Positions 62,532-64,000 of a stretch of DNA of 64,000 nt are shown here, piece after piece. Source of the DNA: Candidatus Latescibacterota bacterium (GTDB lineage Bacteria > Latescibacterota > UBA2968); assembly GCA_965222605.1 (NCBI GenBank), contig OZ244960.1:2304001-2368000 (forward strand). Reading direction: 5' to 3'. A program made the translations under genes and the position numbers. Numbering within the stretch: the first letter of the stretch is position 1; each line of letters begins with the position of its first letter. A model generated the notes under the pieces. That model was not told the origin of the DNA and did not search any database. It saw only the letters and a program-made list of their open reading frames with translations.

Positions 62532-63593
62532 TCACCCTTCACCCTTCACACTTCTCTCTTCCCAATACAACTGTCCACATCCAGCCGCAATATCATCTCC
62601 CTTGCTATAGCGAACAGTTGCTGTCAATTGCGCCTGAGACAAAATATTTACAAACCGATCAATGGCTTTCTGAGGGGGACGTTCATAGCGCGCATCGTCA
62701 ATGGGATTCCAGGGAATCACATTGATTTTACATGGAATATCGCGCACGAGAGCAATCAACCTTTGTGCATCTTCGGCTGTATCATTAAACCCGTGCAACA
62801 ACACGTATTCAAATGTCACCCATCGCCTGACCTGATCGTAATAGGCTCGCACTGCACACAGGAGTTCTTCAATAGGCCACTTGCGATTGATGGGCATAAT
62901 CTCTGACCGCTGCTCATCCGTCGTCGCATTGAGCGACACAGCCAATCCAATTTTGAGTTTTTCTCGCGCCAGTTTTGCAATACCCGGCACATGGCCAACC
63001 GTTGACAACGTAATGCGACGTATGCCCACAGCCGCCCCATAATCCAGATTGATCAGTCGAATAGCCCGAATCACCTGATTGAAATTCAGCAGAGGTTCTC
63101 CCATCCCCATCATCACCACATGCGTCAACTCATCATCCTTCGAACGCAAAAACCGCTGTGCATACAACACCTGCTCAACAATCTCTGCGGCCGTCAAATT
63201 GCGAATCAACCCCATGCGCGCAGTCGCACAGAACTGGCAATCGAGCGGACATCCCACCTGCGACGACACACACAGCGTGCGGCGCTTGCCATCCCGCATC
63301 AAAACACTTTCGATAAGCCGCTTATCGGGCAACTCAAACAAGAACTTGACCGTATCTGTTGACGAGGAACTCATTGCATCAACGCGATTTAATTTCAAAA
63401 GCGTAAATCGCTCATCGAACCGCGCCCGCACAGTCCTGGACAAATTCGTCATCGACTCAAAGTCCGTGACGCCCTTGTTGTAAAGCCAGTCAATCAACTG
63501 CCGGGTTCTGTACCGCTCCAGACCCATATCGGACACATGTTGCGCCAATTCTTCGGGAAACAAGCCTTTGAGTTCAATTTTCTCAGCATTCAT
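62532..63593 (-). CDS. rlmN: Dual-specificity RNA methyltransferase RlmN
   Basis: CVSSQVGC..C.FC, MGMGEP, EYVL, DIAAGCGQL. Confidence 0.96.
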   Translation of the reverse strand: MNAEKIELKGLFPEELAQHVSDMGLERYRTRQLIDWLYNKGVTDFESMTNLSRTVRARFDERFTLLKLNRVDAMSSSSTDTVKFLFELPDKRLIESVLMRDGKRRTLCVSSQVGCPLDCQFCATARMGLIRNLTAAEIVEQVLYAQRFLRSKDDELTHVVMMGMGEPLLNFNQVIRAIRLINLDYGAAVGIRRITLSTVGHVPGIAKLAREKLKIGLAVSLNATTDEQRSEIMPINRKWPIEELLCAVRAYYDQVRRWVTFEYVLLHGFNDTAEDAQRLIALVRDIPCKINVIPWNPIDDARYERPPQKAIDRFVNILSQAQLTATVRYSKGDDIAAGCGQLYWEERSVKGEG

Positions 63594-63617
63594 TCAATAA
63601 CCTCAATTTAGTGCGGC

Positions 63618-63688
63618 GGACAACCACAGGGGGTTGTCCCTACACAAATCACAACATCATCGTAGGGGCGGTGCCCCTGTGCCCGCCC
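63618..63688. repeat. GTAG-family REP pair
   Basis: GGACAACC..GGTTGTCCCTAC and GTAGGGGCGG..CCCGCCC, related to 42518-42583. Confidence 0.7.
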
Positions 63689-64000
63689 GTTGTAAGGAAG
63701 CAGTTTACAACTGCGACCAGCAATCCAATTTACCCAGGCTTGCAGATCGCGTCAAGGTCACAACGCACGTATTACAAGATATAGCAGACACAATTTTACA
63801 ACCCCCATATAATGCGCTTGACGTAAATAGCGAGATGGTTTATTGTTTGGCGCACATTCGGTCAGAAACCATTATGAACGTTTAAAAGGGTCCCTCCCCC
63901 TATGCCAGCTCGCGCCTATAAAAGTCTCCCCCCACCCCCCAAATTACGCAAACCAGGCCGATGGGTATTCTTCTGCATGCTGATATCCGTCAGTATGCTC

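Noticed and set aside
62532-63593. Radical SAM gene as the missing maturase of the peptide island
   Set aside because: It carries RlmN-specific motifs and lies about 23 kb away among housekeeping genes
63780-64000. Possible gene or ncRNA at the window end
   Set aside because: Only a weak promoter-like sequence and a short open frame; nothing recognisable before the edge

Overview
Bacterial chromosomal window; FlgD/T9SS-type C-terminal domains and eukaryote-like LRR proteins suggest an FCB-group organism, possibly host-associated (inference). The housekeeping backbone comprises larA-like, pckA, a catabolic cluster, chrA, monomeric icd, a peptide-type ABC transporter, a CCA enzyme, murA and rlmN. 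It is interrupted by (1) a GC-rich region of about 13.7 kb, bounded by direct repeats, with large secreted mosaic proteins, an IS1380 that splits one of them and a tnpB-only element; (2) an AT-richer minus-strand island of about 14 kb (25.5-39.2 kb); (3) a 3 kb insertion inside the ABC operon, toxin-antitoxin genes and a second tnpB element. The best candidate for an undescribed system is island 2. It looks like a radical-SAM-free variant of a Clostridial CLI_3235-type peptide maturation system: sigma54 promoter, atypical receiver-AraC regulator, HlyD plus ABC exporter, a 131-aa Cys-free precursor with an MxKL-K...VEAY leader, four CxxC-x18-21-CxxC membrane paralogs, an S8 protease fused to a DUF1611/TIGR04066-like domain, an ACP, a BtrH-like protein, a beta-barrel, a TPR-C39 peptidase and a plant-type LRR protein. 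Also notable is a probable selenoprotein (DUF1223 family, UxxC plus SECIS-like hairpin) missed by the ORF track. No CRISPR array, rRNA or tRNA was recognised. Family assignments come from motif recognition, not database searches.
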